Assembly (NCBI GenBank): GCA_947629835.1
Contig: CANRFH010000004.1
Span: 1-60,761 of the forward strand
Length of the DNA stretch: 60,761 nt
Direction: 5' to 3'
From: an uncultured Clostridia bacterium
Lineage (GTDB): Bacteria > Bacillota > Clostridia > TANB77 > CAG-508
Part shown: positions 45,276-57,233 of the stretch, piece after piece
Position numbering within the stretch: position 1 is the stretch's first letter
Layout: each line of letters opens with the position of its first letter
Made by a program: the position numbers and the translations under genes
Notes under the pieces: model-generated
Told to the model about the DNA's origin: nothing
The model's input: the letters and a program-made list of their open reading frames with translations, nothing else
The model's database searches: none

Positions 45276-46835
45276 TTATTTTGCAAATACTTTTATCTTT
45301 TTTCTATTTTTAACTTCGATTTCTTTAGAATTTTCTAGTTCAAATGTTAATTCTAAAATATCTCCATCATATATTTCTACTTCGATATTTTTATCATTTC
45401 TTTCAACTTGTACATTAACATTTGCTAAATTCATTATTCTAGTTTCAAGTAGAGGTTTTATTATTCTTATATCTGTTTCTAAGTCCTTAGTTATACTATT
45501 TATTGCTTTTAACTTATATAACTTTATGATTACCTTTTCTATTAATTCCTGAATATCGTCTTGAAGTGGTTCTACATCTTTTATAAATCTTTCATCATCA
45601 TATACAATAAAGTTATAATATCTTAGAATGTATAAAAATTGTAATAGTTCTTTCTTTTGTTCTGTTTCATCTATTCCATCTATCTTTTCTTCTAAGCATT
45701 TTATAAATATCTTTTGAACATCTATTTTGTATCTTTCTTTATTCCTATCATTTTTTATTTCTTTTAGTAAATCAAGATTTTTTTCAAGTTTTTCCTTTTT
45801 TGCTATATACTTTTTAGCATCTAGCAATTCATTTGCTTCTTCTATATCATGTAGTGCTTTCTTTCTTTCCTTTTTTAAGATTCCTGCTAAATTTTCTACG
45901 CTAAAAATCTTTTTATATTCAGATAAAGAAGCATTTCTTTTTTCAAATTCCTTAGCAAGTAAAATTGGATCATTTAGCATTCTATCTATTTTTTTAATTT
46001 CCTTTGCACTATCCTTTTTTGCTTTTGTAAGTTCTATAACTAAGTTTTCTTTGTCGTTAAGCCTTGTAAGCTCTTTTTCATCCCAAGCCTTTTCATCTTC
46101 TAGTCTTGCTTTTTCATTTTTATTTCTTTGAGTACAAATTATAATCGATATCTTGTAGATTAATTTTAGTAATTTTTCTATTTCTTCTGAATCATACTCT
46201 GATTTTAATTTTTCTTCAAATTTTTCTAATAATTCTTTTTGATATTCTTCTTTCATCCAATTATCTAAAAAGTCAAACCCAAGAAGGATCAATAAATTTT
46301 GATATATAAGATTACAGTCAATATTACTTATTTCACTTGGTAAAGTATTCCATGACCAAGCATTAAAATCACGTATTATCTCTATATTATTTATATCTCT
46401 TCCTTCGTTTAAAAGCTCTGGTAAAGCTATTCTAATAATATTGTATTTTTCATCTAAGTACATTTTTGTATCATTCATTTTGAATAATGCAAAAAGCATA
46501 GCTCTTTCTGATGGAAATACCTCGATAGTTTTTGCTATCGTATCAACATTGCATAATTCGTGATTCTCTATAAGTTTTTCTCCTTCTTCTGTATTTGGCT
46601 TTGCAAGTTCTATTTTATCGCATTTATTTATTATACTAATAATATTTTCTACATACTTATTTTTATTTTCTACGTTTATCTTGATATTTGCATAATCATT
46701 ATATGATGTAGTTATTTTGTATAACATACTAAGTAGGAGATTTTTTACATCTCCTGAAAATCTTTTCTTAGATAAAACTGTTTCTAACTTATTATTGTTA
46801 CTTTGGAACATTGATAAAATATCATTTGTTTTCAT
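45276..46835 (-). CDS. Hypothetical protein (helical/coiled-coil)
   Basis: 519 aa ORF co-oriented between ftsK and the MBL RNase; no motif recognised. Confidence 0.7.
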   Translation of the reverse strand: MKTNDILSMFQSNNNKLETVLSKKRFSGDVKNLLLSMLYKITTSYNDYANIKINVENKNKYVENIISIINKCDKIELAKPNTEEGEKLIENHELCNVDTIAKTIEVFPSERAMLFALFKMNDTKMYLDEKYNIIRIALPELLNEGRDINNIEIIRDFNAWSWNTLPSEISNIDCNLIYQNLLILLGFDFLDNWMKEEYQKELLEKFEEKLKSEYDSEEIEKLLKLIYKISIIICTQRNKNEKARLEDEKAWDEKELTRLNDKENLVIELTKAKKDSAKEIKKIDRMLNDPILLAKEFEKRNASLSEYKKIFSVENLAGILKKERKKALHDIEEANELLDAKKYIAKKEKLEKNLDLLKEIKNDRNKERYKIDVQKIFIKCLEEKIDGIDETEQKKELLQFLYILRYYNFIVYDDERFIKDVEPLQDDIQELIEKVIIKLYKLKAINSITKDLETDIRIIKPLLETRIMNLANVNVQVERNDKNIEVEIYDGDILELTFELENSKEIEVKNRKKIKVFAK

Positions 46836-46859
46836 TAGATCTTTCCCTTTCTTAAAGGT

Positions 46860-49232
46860 TTATTCTTCTGTATTATTATTTGTTACAGGCTCTGTACCCA
46901 TTTTTAGTTCTTGCCATCTTTCCTTAGTTATCAATACTTCCCTTGGCTTACTTCCTTGATAGCCTGAAATTATTCCTCTTTCTGCCATTTGGTCTATTAT
47001 TCTTCCAGCTCTTGCATATCCAACTTTTAATCTTCTTTGTATAAATGAAGTTGAAGCCTGTCCATATTCTATAACTTCTTCTATTGCTTCATCTAGTTTT
47101 GGATCTACATCATCTGCTTCTTCGTCTTCTTCTATTTCTTTATCTGTTTTATTTGCATTTTCTATTGATTCGATTATATCTGTGTTATAGATGGTCTCTC
47201 CATCTTTCTTTAAGAAATCTACTATTTTTTCAACTTCTTTGTCTGATACAAATGTACCCTGTACCCTTATTGGTTTTGAGCTTCCTGTTGGATAGTATAA
47301 CATATCACCTTTTCCAAGAAGTTTTTCTGCACCAGTCATATCAAGTATTGTTCTTGAATCTATTTGAGATGATACTGCAAATGCTATTCTTGATGGAATG
47401 TTTGCCTTGATTAATCCTGTGATTACATCAACAGATGGTCTTTGTGTTGCTATAACTAAGTGCATTCCCGCAGCTCTTGCTTTTTGTGCAAGTCTACATA
47501 TTGCATCTTCTACATCTTTTGCTGCAACCATCATTAAATCTGCAAGCTCATCTATGATTATTACTATTTGTGGCATTTTTACATTTTGTTCTTCCTCTGT
47601 ACCATTTTCTAATGCTTTGTTATATCCTTTTATATCTCTTACACCTTTTGCTGCAAATTTTGCATATCTGTCTTCCATTTCTTGTACTGCCCAAGCAAGT
47701 GCTCCTGCTGCTTTTCTTGGATCTGTTACAACTGGTATCAAAAGATGTGGTATTCCATTATATACTGAAAGCTCAACTATTTTTGGATCTACCATAAGAA
47801 GTTTTACTTCACTTGGTTTAGCTTTATATATAATACTTGTAATCATTGTATTTATGCATACACTCTTTCCAGAACCTGTACTTCCTGCAACAAGTAAATG
47901 TGGCATCTTTGCTATATCAATTATTACTCTTTTACCACTTACATCTTTTCCTAGTCCCATAGAAAGTTTAGCATCAGATGTTGCAAATTCTTCTGAATCA
48001 ATTACATCTCTTAGATGTACTACTTCTGTTTCTTTATTTGGTATTTCTATTCCAACAGCCTGTTTTCCAGGTATTGGTGCTTCAATTCTTATACTTTGTG
48101 CTGCTAAGTTTAAAGCTATATCATCTGCAAGATTTGCAATTTTACTTACTCTTACGCCTTCTGCTGGTTTTAATTCATACCTTGTAATTGCAGGTCCGAC
48201 AGAGACATCTTCTACCTTTGCTGTAACTCCAAAGCTATGAAGTGTTTTTTGTAATTTTAAAGCATTATCTGCAATAGTTTTCTTCTCTGATCTTACTTTT
48301 TTTCCACCATTTTCTAGTAAAGCAATTGGTGGAAATTCATAATTTTGGTCATCTACAACTTGTGCATGTTCTAACTGTAATACTTGTTTTGTTTTATCTT
48401 CTTTTTGTTCTTCTGTTTCTTTAAATAAATTTGCCTCTATAAAATCTGTTTGTTTAACTTTCTTATTATCTTCGTCCTTTTCGTCAAATGCCAAAGGTAT
48501 ATCGTGGTCATATTTTGCAATACTGCTTGTTTCTTCTTCGTCATCTGCAAAAGGATTAGGCATAATGGTTGAATGTACCTTTTTCTTTTTATCCTTCTTA
48601 TCTTTTTTGTCTTTTTTCTTTGGCTCTACAATTTCTTCTTCCTCTTCTTCGTCATCTTCTTCATATTCTCTTGCTTCTCTTATCCTTTCAGATATAGAAT
48701 CTATTAGTTCTGCTGGTTTTATACCAAATGTAAATATTGCAAGAAGTATAGCTACTCCTATCAAAACGACATTAGTTCCTAATGAGCCTATCATTTTTGT
48801 CATAGGAACTGCAACAAGTGCACCTATTACTCCTCCGCCATTATTTTCTGTTCCCATATCATAAGCTTGAGATACTATATTTGAGAAATCATCATCTACA
48901 TTTAATACTTTGTTTTTGCTAGATAATTGCATTGATGTTATAAATGCACATACACATAAAATTATTATTGCGTATTGCATAATCTTTGGAAAAACGAATT
49001 CTTTTTCTTCTTTTATAAGTGTTATTCCTATTAAAAATGTTCCAATAGGCACTAAATATTTTATCCATCCCATTAAGCCACCTAACATTGGACTTAGGTG
49101 TTCTCCTATATATCCTGATTGTACATAAATTAATACTGCTAATAACACACTAAAAATCATAACAACAATTGCATGTATATATGCATCTTGTTTAGATTTT
49201 TTCTTTCTTGTAACCTTTCTTTTTCTTCCCAT
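46860..49232 (-). CDS. ftsK: DNA translocase FtsK/SpoIIIE
   Basis: N-terminal TMs, [24 protein letters not shown], gamma domain [13 protein letters not shown]. Confidence 0.96.
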   Translation of the reverse strand: MGRKRKVTRKKKSKQDAYIHAIVVMIFSVLLAVLIYVQSGYIGEHLSPMLGGLMGWIKYLVPIGTFLIGITLIKEEKEFVFPKIMQYAIIILCVCAFITSMQLSSKNKVLNVDDDFSNIVSQAYDMGTENNGGGVIGALVAVPMTKMIGSLGTNVVLIGVAILLAIFTFGIKPAELIDSISERIREAREYEEDDEEEEEEIVEPKKKDKKDKKDKKKKVHSTIMPNPFADDEEETSSIAKYDHDIPLAFDEKDEDNKKVKQTDFIEANLFKETEEQKEDKTKQVLQLEHAQVVDDQNYEFPPIALLENGGKKVRSEKKTIADNALKLQKTLHSFGVTAKVEDVSVGPAITRYELKPAEGVRVSKIANLADDIALNLAAQSIRIEAPIPGKQAVGIEIPNKETEVVHLRDVIDSEEFATSDAKLSMGLGKDVSGKRVIIDIAKMPHLLVAGSTGSGKSVCINTMITSIIYKAKPSEVKLLMVDPKIVELSVYNGIPHLLIPVVTDPRKAAGALAWAVQEMEDRYAKFAAKGVRDIKGYNKALENGTEEEQNVKMPQIVIIIDELADLMMVAAKDVEDAICRLAQKARAAGMHLVIATQRPSVDVITGLIKANIPSRIAFAVSSQIDSRTILDMTGAEKLLGKGDMLYYPTGSSKPIRVQGTFVSDKEVEKIVDFLKKDGETIYNTDIIESIENANKTDKEIEEDEEADDVDPKLDEAIEEVIEYGQASTSFIQRRLKVGYARAGRIIDQMAERGIISGYQGSKPREVLITKERWQELKMGTEPVTNNNTEE

Positions 49233-49353
49233 GTTCTTCTCCTATTTGCTTTTTTAAATCATATTTTTACAGATTATATTTTATCATTGAGCCAATCAAA
49301 TTGCAATGTTTTTGGAAAAATAATAGAAAAATGTTTTGGAACATTAGAAATAT

Positions 49354-49391
49354 AAAAAGTCAGTGAAAATTTTTATATTTCACTGGCTTTT
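49354..49391. terminator. Terminator after valS
   Basis: AAAAGTCAGTGAAA...TTTCACTGGCTTTT. Confidence 0.65.
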
Positions 49392-49449
49392 ATCCGTATA
49401 AATATAATTTTTTATTCTAATATTTAATACTTTTTAGCTTTTTTAATAT

Positions 49450-52080
49450 TTACCTAAGCTCCTCTATTCTCTTCTCAACTGTTTCTAGCATTTCTTTATA
49501 TTTTGCAAGTTTTTCTTCTTCTTCCTTTACTTTTTCCTTTGGTGCTTTTTCTGTAAAGCCTTTGTTAGATAACATCTTACTTGCTCTTTCAACTTCGCTC
49601 ACAAGTTTTTCTTTTTCTCCATTTAATCTTTCTAGCTCTTGTTTTACATCTACTAATTCTTCAAAAGGTATAAACACTTCTATTCCCTCTTGAACAATAG
49701 ATATTGCATTATTTGGTATACCTTCTTTGTTCTCTCTAATCTCTATATTATCAGCATATCCAAGTTTCTTTAAAAATTCTAGCGATTCATTTATTACATT
49801 TTTATATTTTGTTGTAACGAATATTAATTTTGTCTTTCTGCTAGGAACTACATTCATATTAGCTCTGATATTTCTTATATTAACAATTATATCTTTTAAA
49901 GTTTCGATATTTTCTTCTTCTTCGTTATATTCAAATTTATTTTTTATTTCAGGCCATGTATCTAGCATTATACTTTCTTTATCTACAATAAGTTCTCTAT
50001 ATATTCTCTCTGTAATAAATGGCATAAATGGGTGTAATAGTTTAAGTGAATTTACAAGTACATAGTTTAATGTATACATTACCTCTTTTTTGCCTAAATC
50101 TTCTTCGCTATATAGTCTTGGTTTTACCATTTCTATATACCAGTCGCAAAATTCACTCCATATAAAGTCATAAATCTTAGTTGCAGCAATTCCTATTTCA
50201 TATTTTTCAATATGATTTGTTACATCAGCTGTTAATTTATCTAATTTATTTAATATCCATTTATCTTCTATGTGTAAGTTTTCTTTTTTATAATCTTTTA
50301 AGCTTTCATTAATATTTGCCAAAACAAATTTTGATGCATTCCATATTTTATTTGCAAAGTTTTTAGTTGCAACAGCTTTATCTTTTGAATATTTTACATC
50401 ATTTCCAAGTGTCATATTTTGGACCAAAGAAAATCTTAAACTATCTGCTCCGCACTCATTTATTATATCCATTGGATCTATACCATTTCCAAGGCTCTTA
50501 GACATTTTTCTTCCTTGTGCATCTCTAACTAATCCATGCATAAATACTGTATCAAATGGAATTTGTTTTGTATGCTCTAAGCTTGAGAAGATCATTCTTG
50601 CTACCCAGAAGAAAATTATATCATAAGCTGTAACTAATGTATTTGTTGGATAGAAATATTTAAAATCTTCTGTTTCATTAGGCCATCCCATTGTTGAAAA
50701 TGGCCAAAGTGCTGAGCTAAACCAAGTATCCAAAGTATCTGGATCTTGATATATATTTGAACTTCCACATTTAGTACATTTTTTTGGTTCTTCGCTTGCA
50801 ACCATTATTTCTCCACAGTCTTTGCAATAATATGCTGGTATTCTATGTCCCCACCATATTTGTCTAGATATACACCAGTCTTTTATATTTTCCATCCAAT
50901 GGAAGTATGTTTTATCAAATCTTTCTGGTACAAATCTTATTTTTCCAGATTTAACAACCTCTATTGCAGGTTTTGCAAGTTCCTCCATTTTCATAAACCA
51001 TTGCATAGATATTCTTGGTTCTACTGTGTTATGGCATCTATAACACTTTCCAACATTATGAACATAGTCTTCTACTTTTTCAAGAACTCCTAAATCTTCT
51101 AGGTCTTTTACTATTTCTTTTCTTGCTTCATAAATATCCATTCCTTCATATTTTGGAACTAAATCTAGCATTATATTTTTTTCATTAAATACTTCTATTT
51201 CTTCTAAGTTAAATCTCTTTCCAGCTTCATAATCATTGAAATCATGTGCTGGTGTAAGTTTAACACAGCCTGTCCCAAATTCTTTTTCAACAAATGGATC
51301 TGCAATAATAGGTATTTCTCTATTAACTAATGGAACTACAACTTTTTTACCTATCATATCTTTATATCTATCATCTTCTGGATTAACTGCAACTCCTGTA
51401 TCTCCAAGCATTGTTTCAGGACGAGTTGTTGCAACTGTGATATATTCTTTTTTATCTTTTGTATAATATCTTATATACCATAAATTAGTGCTTTCCTCAG
51501 CAAATTCAACTTCTGCATCAGATAGAGAAGTTTTGCAAGTAGGGCACCAGTTTATAATTCTATTTCCTCTATATATTGCACCTTTATTGTACATATCGAT
51601 AAATACTTTTTCTACTGCTTTTGATAAGCCTTCATCTAGTGTGAATCTCTCTCTTGTCCAATCACAAGCACATCCTAAACTTTTTAATTGTCTAACTATT
51701 GTTCCACCATACTCTCTTGTCCAACTCCATGCTTCTTCCAAAAAAGCATCTCTTCCTATTTCTTCTTTTGTCTTTCCTTCTTTTCTTAGCTTTTCTACTA
51801 CTTTGACTTCTGTTGCAATAGCTGAATGGTCTGTTCCTGGAATCCATAAAGTATTAAATCCTCTTAGTTTTTTATATCTTATTAATATATCTTGAAGTGT
51901 CATAACTAGGGCATGTCCCATATGTAGTTTTCCTGTTACATTTGGTGGTGGAATTACTATTGTAAAAGGAGTTTTTGTCTTATCTACTACTGGTGTAAAA
52001 TATCCTTTTTCATTCCATTCATTATATAATTTTTCTTCAAATTCTTTTGGATCATATTGATTTAAAATGTGTTCCTTCAT
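49450..52080 (-). CDS. valS: Valine-tRNA ligase
   Basis: PPPNVTGKLHMGH, WCISRQ, DTWFSS, KMSKS, C-terminal coiled coil. Confidence 0.97.
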   Translation of the reverse strand: MKEHILNQYDPKEFEEKLYNEWNEKGYFTPVVDKTKTPFTIVIPPPNVTGKLHMGHALVMTLQDILIRYKKLRGFNTLWIPGTDHSAIATEVKVVEKLRKEGKTKEEIGRDAFLEEAWSWTREYGGTIVRQLKSLGCACDWTRERFTLDEGLSKAVEKVFIDMYNKGAIYRGNRIINWCPTCKTSLSDAEVEFAEESTNLWYIRYYTKDKKEYITVATTRPETMLGDTGVAVNPEDDRYKDMIGKKVVVPLVNREIPIIADPFVEKEFGTGCVKLTPAHDFNDYEAGKRFNLEEIEVFNEKNIMLDLVPKYEGMDIYEARKEIVKDLEDLGVLEKVEDYVHNVGKCYRCHNTVEPRISMQWFMKMEELAKPAIEVVKSGKIRFVPERFDKTYFHWMENIKDWCISRQIWWGHRIPAYYCKDCGEIMVASEEPKKCTKCGSSNIYQDPDTLDTWFSSALWPFSTMGWPNETEDFKYFYPTNTLVTAYDIIFFWVARMIFSSLEHTKQIPFDTVFMHGLVRDAQGRKMSKSLGNGIDPMDIINECGADSLRFSLVQNMTLGNDVKYSKDKAVATKNFANKIWNASKFVLANINESLKDYKKENLHIEDKWILNKLDKLTADVTNHIEKYEIGIAATKIYDFIWSEFCDWYIEMVKPRLYSEEDLGKKEVMYTLNYVLVNSLKLLHPFMPFITERIYRELIVDKESIMLDTWPEIKNKFEYNEEEENIETLKDIIVNIRNIRANMNVVPSRKTKLIFVTTKYKNVINESLEFLKKLGYADNIEIRENKEGIPNNAISIVQEGIEVFIPFEELVDVKQELERLNGEKEKLVSEVERASKMLSNKGFTEKAPKEKVKEEEEKLAKYKEMLETVEKRIEELR

Positions 52081-52145
52081 TATATAGCTTCCTTAATTAA
52101 TATATTTAGGTTTTTTAAGGATATACCTATAAACCTTTTTTATAT

Positions 52146-53168
52146 TTATACAATATTATTATTATTTTCTACTGAATTTAACTCATTATTTAACTCGTTT
52201 TCAGGTTTACTTTCAGTTGTTACATTTGTAGAAGTATCTACTACATTTTGTTCCACTGTTTGATTTGTATTTACTTCATTCTTATTTTGCTGATTAGTAT
52301 CTGGTTGATTTGTGCTTGGTTTGTTTGTATCAGTCTTATTTGAGTTTTCATCATAATTTTTCCAAGGGTTGTTTGGATCTGGATCCGTAGGATCCCAATT
52401 TCTTAAATTTTCATAGCTACTTATCTTTTTTGCTGTTGGCTTTCCAAGTGGTCCTGGATTTGATGAATAATAAAATTCAACTTGTGTGCCTGACTTGCAA
52501 TTTTCATATATCCATTTAGCATCTTCTACCTTTAATCTTATACAGCCAAGTGATGCTTTTGTTCCAAGTTTGTCATACTCCCACCATTCAAGGGCTGATT
52601 TGTCTTGTTTTGTATATGGTACAGAGTGGAACAATATATTTCCTGTTATCTTACAAGCATATTGTCCATAAACATTTCCTTGAAGTAATCTCCAAGTATA
52701 TCTTATAGACATTTTATATACTCCTGATTCAGGAGTTGCATCTCCAATTGAGCAAATCATTGCTTTTATAGGAACTGTATATTTTCCCTTCGAATCTTTT
52801 TTATATACTGTAACTGTATTAGCCTCATTATTTACTTTTATATAATATGGCATTTCATAACTAATCTCAGTTTTTCCATCAGCAGTTGTATTCGTATCTA
52901 CTGTATTATTTACCGCATTGTTCACTTCATTATTTTCATTTGTTTCGTTTTTATCCACTAAATTAACAACTAACATATTATTCTCTTCCTTTTCAGTATT
53001 TTCATTTTCATTATAGTATAATATATTATTGTTTTCATCATTCATTCCATTTTCTGAAAAATATATGATTGCTGTTATAAGCATAAGAATAATTAAAATA
53101 ACCACAGAAAATAATGCTATAACAATTTTCTTTTTTTCTTTATTACTAATTTTTCTCCCTTGTTTCAT
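52146..53168 (-). CDS. L,D-transpeptidase (YkuD family), membrane-anchored
   Basis: ILFHS...LGTKASLGCIRL; Asn-rich low-complexity flanks. Confidence 0.85.
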   Translation of the reverse strand: MKQGRKISNKEKKKIVIALFSVVILIILMLITAIIYFSENGMNDENNNILYYNENENTEKEENNMLVVNLVDKNETNENNEVNNAVNNTVDTNTTADGKTEISYEMPYYIKVNNEANTVTVYKKDSKGKYTVPIKAMICSIGDATPESGVYKMSIRYTWRLLQGNVYGQYACKITGNILFHSVPYTKQDKSALEWWEYDKLGTKASLGCIRLKVEDAKWIYENCKSGTQVEFYYSSNPGPLGKPTAKKISSYENLRNWDPTDPDPNNPWKNYDENSNKTDTNKPSTNQPDTNQQNKNEVNTNQTVEQNVVDTSTNVTTESKPENELNNELNSVENNNNIV

Positions 53169-53185
53169 AAATAGTCCAATCCTTT

Positions 53186-53374
53186 TTAGTTAAAATATAT
53201 AATTAAAGTTCCTATAATTGCCATAATAAATCCTAATATCTTTAGTCCTGCTGTTGCCTCGTTTTGATCTCCAAATCCAAATAATTTTTTTGCTATTTGT
53301 CTTGCATCATATATTGATATGACTCCAAGTATTGCAAGAGCAAGTCCTATTATTAATACAATTAAATTCCACAT
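53186..53374 (-). CDS. Small two-TM membrane protein
   Basis: 62 aa, AAGGAAG RBS, IYDAR...F...DQNE...GLK. Confidence 0.7.
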   Translation of the reverse strand: MWNLIVLIIGLALAILGVISIYDARQIAKKLFGFGDQNEATAGLKILGFIMAIIGTLIIYFN

Positions 53375-53526
53375 ATATTTTACTTCCTTAATTTATTTTC
53401 TTTTATTATTATATTATTTTTTAGGTGCATAAGTCAAGCATTCTGAGGTTTTTTCGTAATTTTATGAAACAATAAATTAAAATGGAAAATTTTGGATTTT
53501 TTTCATTTTATATTTTTTTGCTCAAT

Positions 53527-53556
53527 GTATATTTTGTTTTATTTTTGTCCATAATA
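53527..53556 (+). promoter_or_regulatory. Putative sporulation sigma (SigG-like) promoter
   Basis: GTATA-18 nt-CATAATA upstream of the Asn-rich small ORF. Confidence 0.4.
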
Positions 53557-53639
53557 TGTATATATAAAAGCGAATGACATAAATTTTACATTTATACATT
53601 CGTCTATATGAGTCTGATTCTATGGAGGTGTATTTAGCT

Positions 53640-53735
53640 ATGTCAAACGATAAGAAAAATAATAATAACAACAATAACAACAGCAAAAATAATAAAAATA
53701 ACCAAAACAACCAAAATGAAAACAATAATCATTAG
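53640..53735 (+). CDS. 31-aa Asn-rich peptide MSNDKKNNNNNNNNSKNNKNNQNNQNENNNH
   Basis: Strong GGAGGTG RBS, mixed AAT/AAC codons, followed by a terminator; below the ORF-track cutoff. Confidence 0.7.
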   Translation: MSNDKKNNNNNNNNSKNNKNNQNNQNENNNH

Positions 53736-53764
53736 TGATTACTTGTCCTATAACTATGGATAAA

Positions 53765-53799
53765 GCAAAATTCCAGAGAGTAATTTCTGGAATTTTTGC
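53765..53799 (+). terminator. Terminator after the Asn-rich peptide
   Basis: AAAATTCCAGA-GAGTAATT-TCTGGAATTTTT. Confidence 0.7.
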
Positions 53800-53886
53800 A
53801 TTTGGAAATATATTGCATTTTTATTTTTTTATTGTTATAATAGAGAAAATAATTTTCTTATAATACTCATCGAAAGGAGCAATACT

Positions 53887-54072
53887 ATGAATAGAAAAAG
53901 AATTACTATTATAACTATTATTTTAGTATGTTTTTTAATATATGTATTTACTCATAATTCTGATAATACATATATAAATTCTTCAAACCCTGATGCAGTA
54001 AATAGTATTATAGATCCTGAAGATATTAAAAATTCAACAGATAGAGCAATATATATCAATTCAATTCTATAA
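53887..54072 (+). CDS. Small membrane-anchored hypothetical protein
   Basis: AAAGGAG RBS, N-terminal TM, stop overlaps the convergent uvrA stop. Confidence 0.6.
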   Translation: MNRKRITIITIILVCFLIYVFTHNSDNTYINSSNPDAVNSIIDPEDIKNSTDRAIYINSIL

Positions 54073-56888
54073 ATATTTCTTTAAAAATTGTCCTGTATAA
54101 CTTTTTTCATTTTTTACAACTTGTTCTGGTGTACCTACTTGTACTACTGTTCCACCATATTCTCCACCTTCTGGTCCTAAATCTATAATATAATCAGCTG
54201 TTTTTATTATATCCAAGTTATGTTCTATTACTATTATACTATTTCCAGTATCAACAAGTCTTTGAAGTATATCTACTAATCTATGAACATCTGCTATATG
54301 AAGTCCAGTAGATGGTTCGTCTAAAATATATAAAGTTTTTCCTGTTGCTTTTTTAGAAAGTTCTGTTCCGAAGTTTTACTCTTTGTGCTTCTCCTCCTGA
54401 TAAAGTCGTTGATGGTTGTCCAAGTTTTATATATCCGAAGTCCTACATCAGCAAGAGTTTGGATTTTTTGTTTTATTCTTGGAACATTTGCAAAAAATTC
54501 TAATGCTTCTTCAACAGTCATATCTAATACATCTGCTATATTCTTTCCTTTATATTTTACTTCCAAAGTTTCTTGATTATATCTTTTTCCTTTACAAACT
54601 TCACAAGGTACATATATATCTGGTAAGAAATGCATCTCTATTCTATGAACTCCATCTCCTTGACAAGCTTCACATCTTCCACCTGGTACATTAAAACTAA
54701 ATCTACCTTTTTGATATCCTCTCATTTTTGCTTCATTTGTTGCTGCAAATAATTCTCTTATTATATCAAATACCCCTGTGTATGTTGCTGGGTTTGAACG
54801 TGGTGTTCTACCTATTGGAGATTGATCAATATCTATTATTTTGTCTATATTTTCTATTCCTTTTATTTCCTTGCATTTTCCAGGTTTTTCATTTGACCTA
54901 TTTATTTGTTTTGCAACTGTTTTATATAATATATCATTTACCAAAGTTGATTTTCCTGAGCCTGAAACACCTGTTACACAAGTAAATACTCCAAGTGGTA
55001 TTTTTACGTCTATATTTTTTAAGTTATTCTCTTTTGCACCTATTATTTCAATTGATTTTCCATTTGATTTCCTTCTTTTCTTAGGAACTGGAATCTTTTT
55101 CCTTCCACTTAAATAATTTCCTGTTTCAGAGTTTTCGGCAAGTTTTACTTCCTCGGCAGTTCCTTGTGCGATAACATTTCCTCCATGTACCCCTGGTCCT
55201 GGTCCTATGTCTATTATTTGGTCTGCTGCATACATTGTCTCTTCATCATGTTCTACAACTAATACAGAATTTCCTAAATCTCTTAATTTTTTAAGTGTTG
55301 CAATTAATTTATCATTATCTCTTTGATGTAAGCCTATACTTGGTTCATCAAGGATATATAGAACTCCTGTTAAACTTGAACCTATCTGAGTTGCAAGCCT
55401 TATTCTTTGTGCTTCTCCTCCTGATAAAGTTCCTGCTGACCTTGACAATGTCAAATATTCTAGCCCTACATCTATTAAGAATTGTAATCTCTTATTTAAT
55501 TCTTTGAAAATTGGATCTGCTATCATCTTTTCTTTTTGAGTTAATTTTAGATTATTTATGAAATCTAATATAGCTACAATCGACATATCTGTAAATTCTT
55601 TAATATTTTTTCCTCCAACCTTTACAGATAGGCTTTCTTTTTTTAGTCTTGCTCCATTGCAAGTTGGACAATCACTATCAGTCATATAGAATTCATAAAA
55701 ATCACGCATTCCTTGTGATTTTGTTTCATTGTGTCTTCTCTCTAATGTTGGTATAACTCCTTCAAATGGTGCTCTAAATTTTCTTACCCCTGCGAAAGAC
55801 TCATACTCAAAATCTATTGCTTCTGTACCTGTTCCGTATAATATCTTATCTAAAAATTCTCTTGGTAATTTCTTTATTGGTTTTTTGATATCTACTCCAT
55901 AATGTCTTCCTATACTTTCAAAGTACATCTTAGCCATTGTTTCGCCTTTTTTCATTGTACTTGATCCAAACGCTTTTACTCCATCATACAAAGTCTTATC
56001 TTTGTCTGGTATTATCAAGTCTTCATCCATTCTCATTAAATATCCAATACCTGTACAAGTTGGACAAGCTCCAAAAGGATTATTAAATGAAAACATCCTT
56101 GGAGATAGTTCTCCTATACTTATTCCACAATCTGGACAAGCTAAATTTGAGCTATATAATTTTTCTTCCTTTCCATTAATATCAACTAAAACTAGATTCT
56201 CTGAATTTTTAAGTGCTACTTCTACTGATTCTGCTAATCTATTTCTTATCCCTTCTTTTATAACTAACCTATCTATTATAAGTTCAATATTGTGTTTTTT
56301 CTTTCTATCTAGGTTTAAATCGTCGCTAAGCTCTACTGTTTCTCCATCAACTCTTGCTCTTACAAATCCTTCTTTTTGATATTTTTCTAATTGTTTAACA
56401 AATTCACCTTTTTTTCCACGAATTATTGGGGCAAGTATTTGGATTTTTGTTCCTTCGTCTAATTCAAGTATATTATCCACTATTTGATCCAAAGTTTGCT
56501 TCTCTATTTTTTTGCCACAATTTGGGCAATATGCTACACCAATTCTAGCATATAGCAAACGAATATAATCATATATTTCTGTTACAGTTCCAACTGTTGA
56601 ACGTGGATTTTTTGATGTTGTTTTTTGGTCAATAGAAATTGCAGGTGAAAGACCTTCTATTGATTCTACATTTGGTTTTTCCATTATTCCTAAGAATTGT
56701 CTAGCATAAGAAGAAAGACTTTCTACATATCTTCTTTGTCCTTCTGCATACAATGTATCAAATGCTAAAGATGACTTTCCTGAACCAGAAAGTCCTGTTA
56801 TTACTACTAATTTATTTCTTGGTATTTCTAGATTTATATTTTTTAAATTATGCTCTTTTGCGCCTTTTATAATTATTTTGTCATTCAT
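54067..56888 (-). CDS. uvrA: Excinuclease ABC subunit A, 939 aa when two CGGA sites (54434-54437, 54367-54370) are read as Gly
   Basis: GLSGSGKS, zinc fingers, [12 protein letters not shown][G][21 protein letters not shown][G]TEL...[12 protein letters not shown]...IEHNLD...YTGQFL to TAG at 54067. Confidence 0.94.
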
Positions 56889-56937
56889 TTTCGCCTTTAC
56901 CCCCATTGCTAAATATTATACACTATATTCTTATAAA

Positions 56938-56949
56938 AAACAAGAGTTT
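56938..56949. promoter_or_regulatory. Possible degenerate LexA box over the uvrA -35
   Basis: AAAC-AAGA-GTTT versus the Firmicutes GAAC-N4-GTTC consensus; overlaps TTGTTT-17-TATAAT. Confidence 0.3.
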
Positions 56950-57006
56950 GTAAGTGATATTTACATAATATTAAAATTCGTTCATAATTTAAAATAGAAG
57001 CCATAT

Positions 57007-57037
57007 AAAAATCACCCGAACATGCCGGGTGATTTTT
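57007..57037. terminator. Intrinsic terminator
   Basis: AAAAATCACCCG-AACATGC-CGGGTGATTTTT. Confidence 0.8.
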
Positions 57038-57041
57038 GGAT

Positions 57042-57233
57042 TTACTCAATGGTCTCAATGACGACCTTATAGCCGCCTCTCGGGTCAAGAACACATTTTG
57101 CGGGGTTCCACTTGCTCCTGGGAGAGCCAACCGCATAAGCATCGTTGACTGCCTTAACCTTCCGGGCTGCCTCGTCGGCATTATAGCCGACGTTACCCAG
57201 GTGGTTCGAGAATTCGTCTCTGCAATGTGCCAT
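57042..57233 (-). CDS. Small GC-rich hypothetical protein (63 aa)
   Basis: GGAGG RBS, ATG, stop directly before a terminator; GC far above the surroundings; contains an in-frame CGG-A at 57161-57164. Confidence 0.55.
   Translation of the reverse strand: MAHCRDEFSNHLGNVGYNADEAARKVKAVNDAYAVGSPRSKWNPAKCVLDPRGGYKVVIETIE

Noticed and set aside
52081..52145. T-box leader for valS
   Set aside because: The intergenic space is only 65 bp and has no T-box motif.
53522..53725. Minus-strand poly-Leu ORF
   Set aside because: It is the antisense of the Asn-rich peptide, which has the RBS and terminator.
56909..57181. 90-aa minus-strand ORF overlapping the GC-rich mini-gene
   Set aside because: It has no RBS and runs through the terminator and the uvrA promoter; relevant only as the +1 frame of the 57161 CGGA site.
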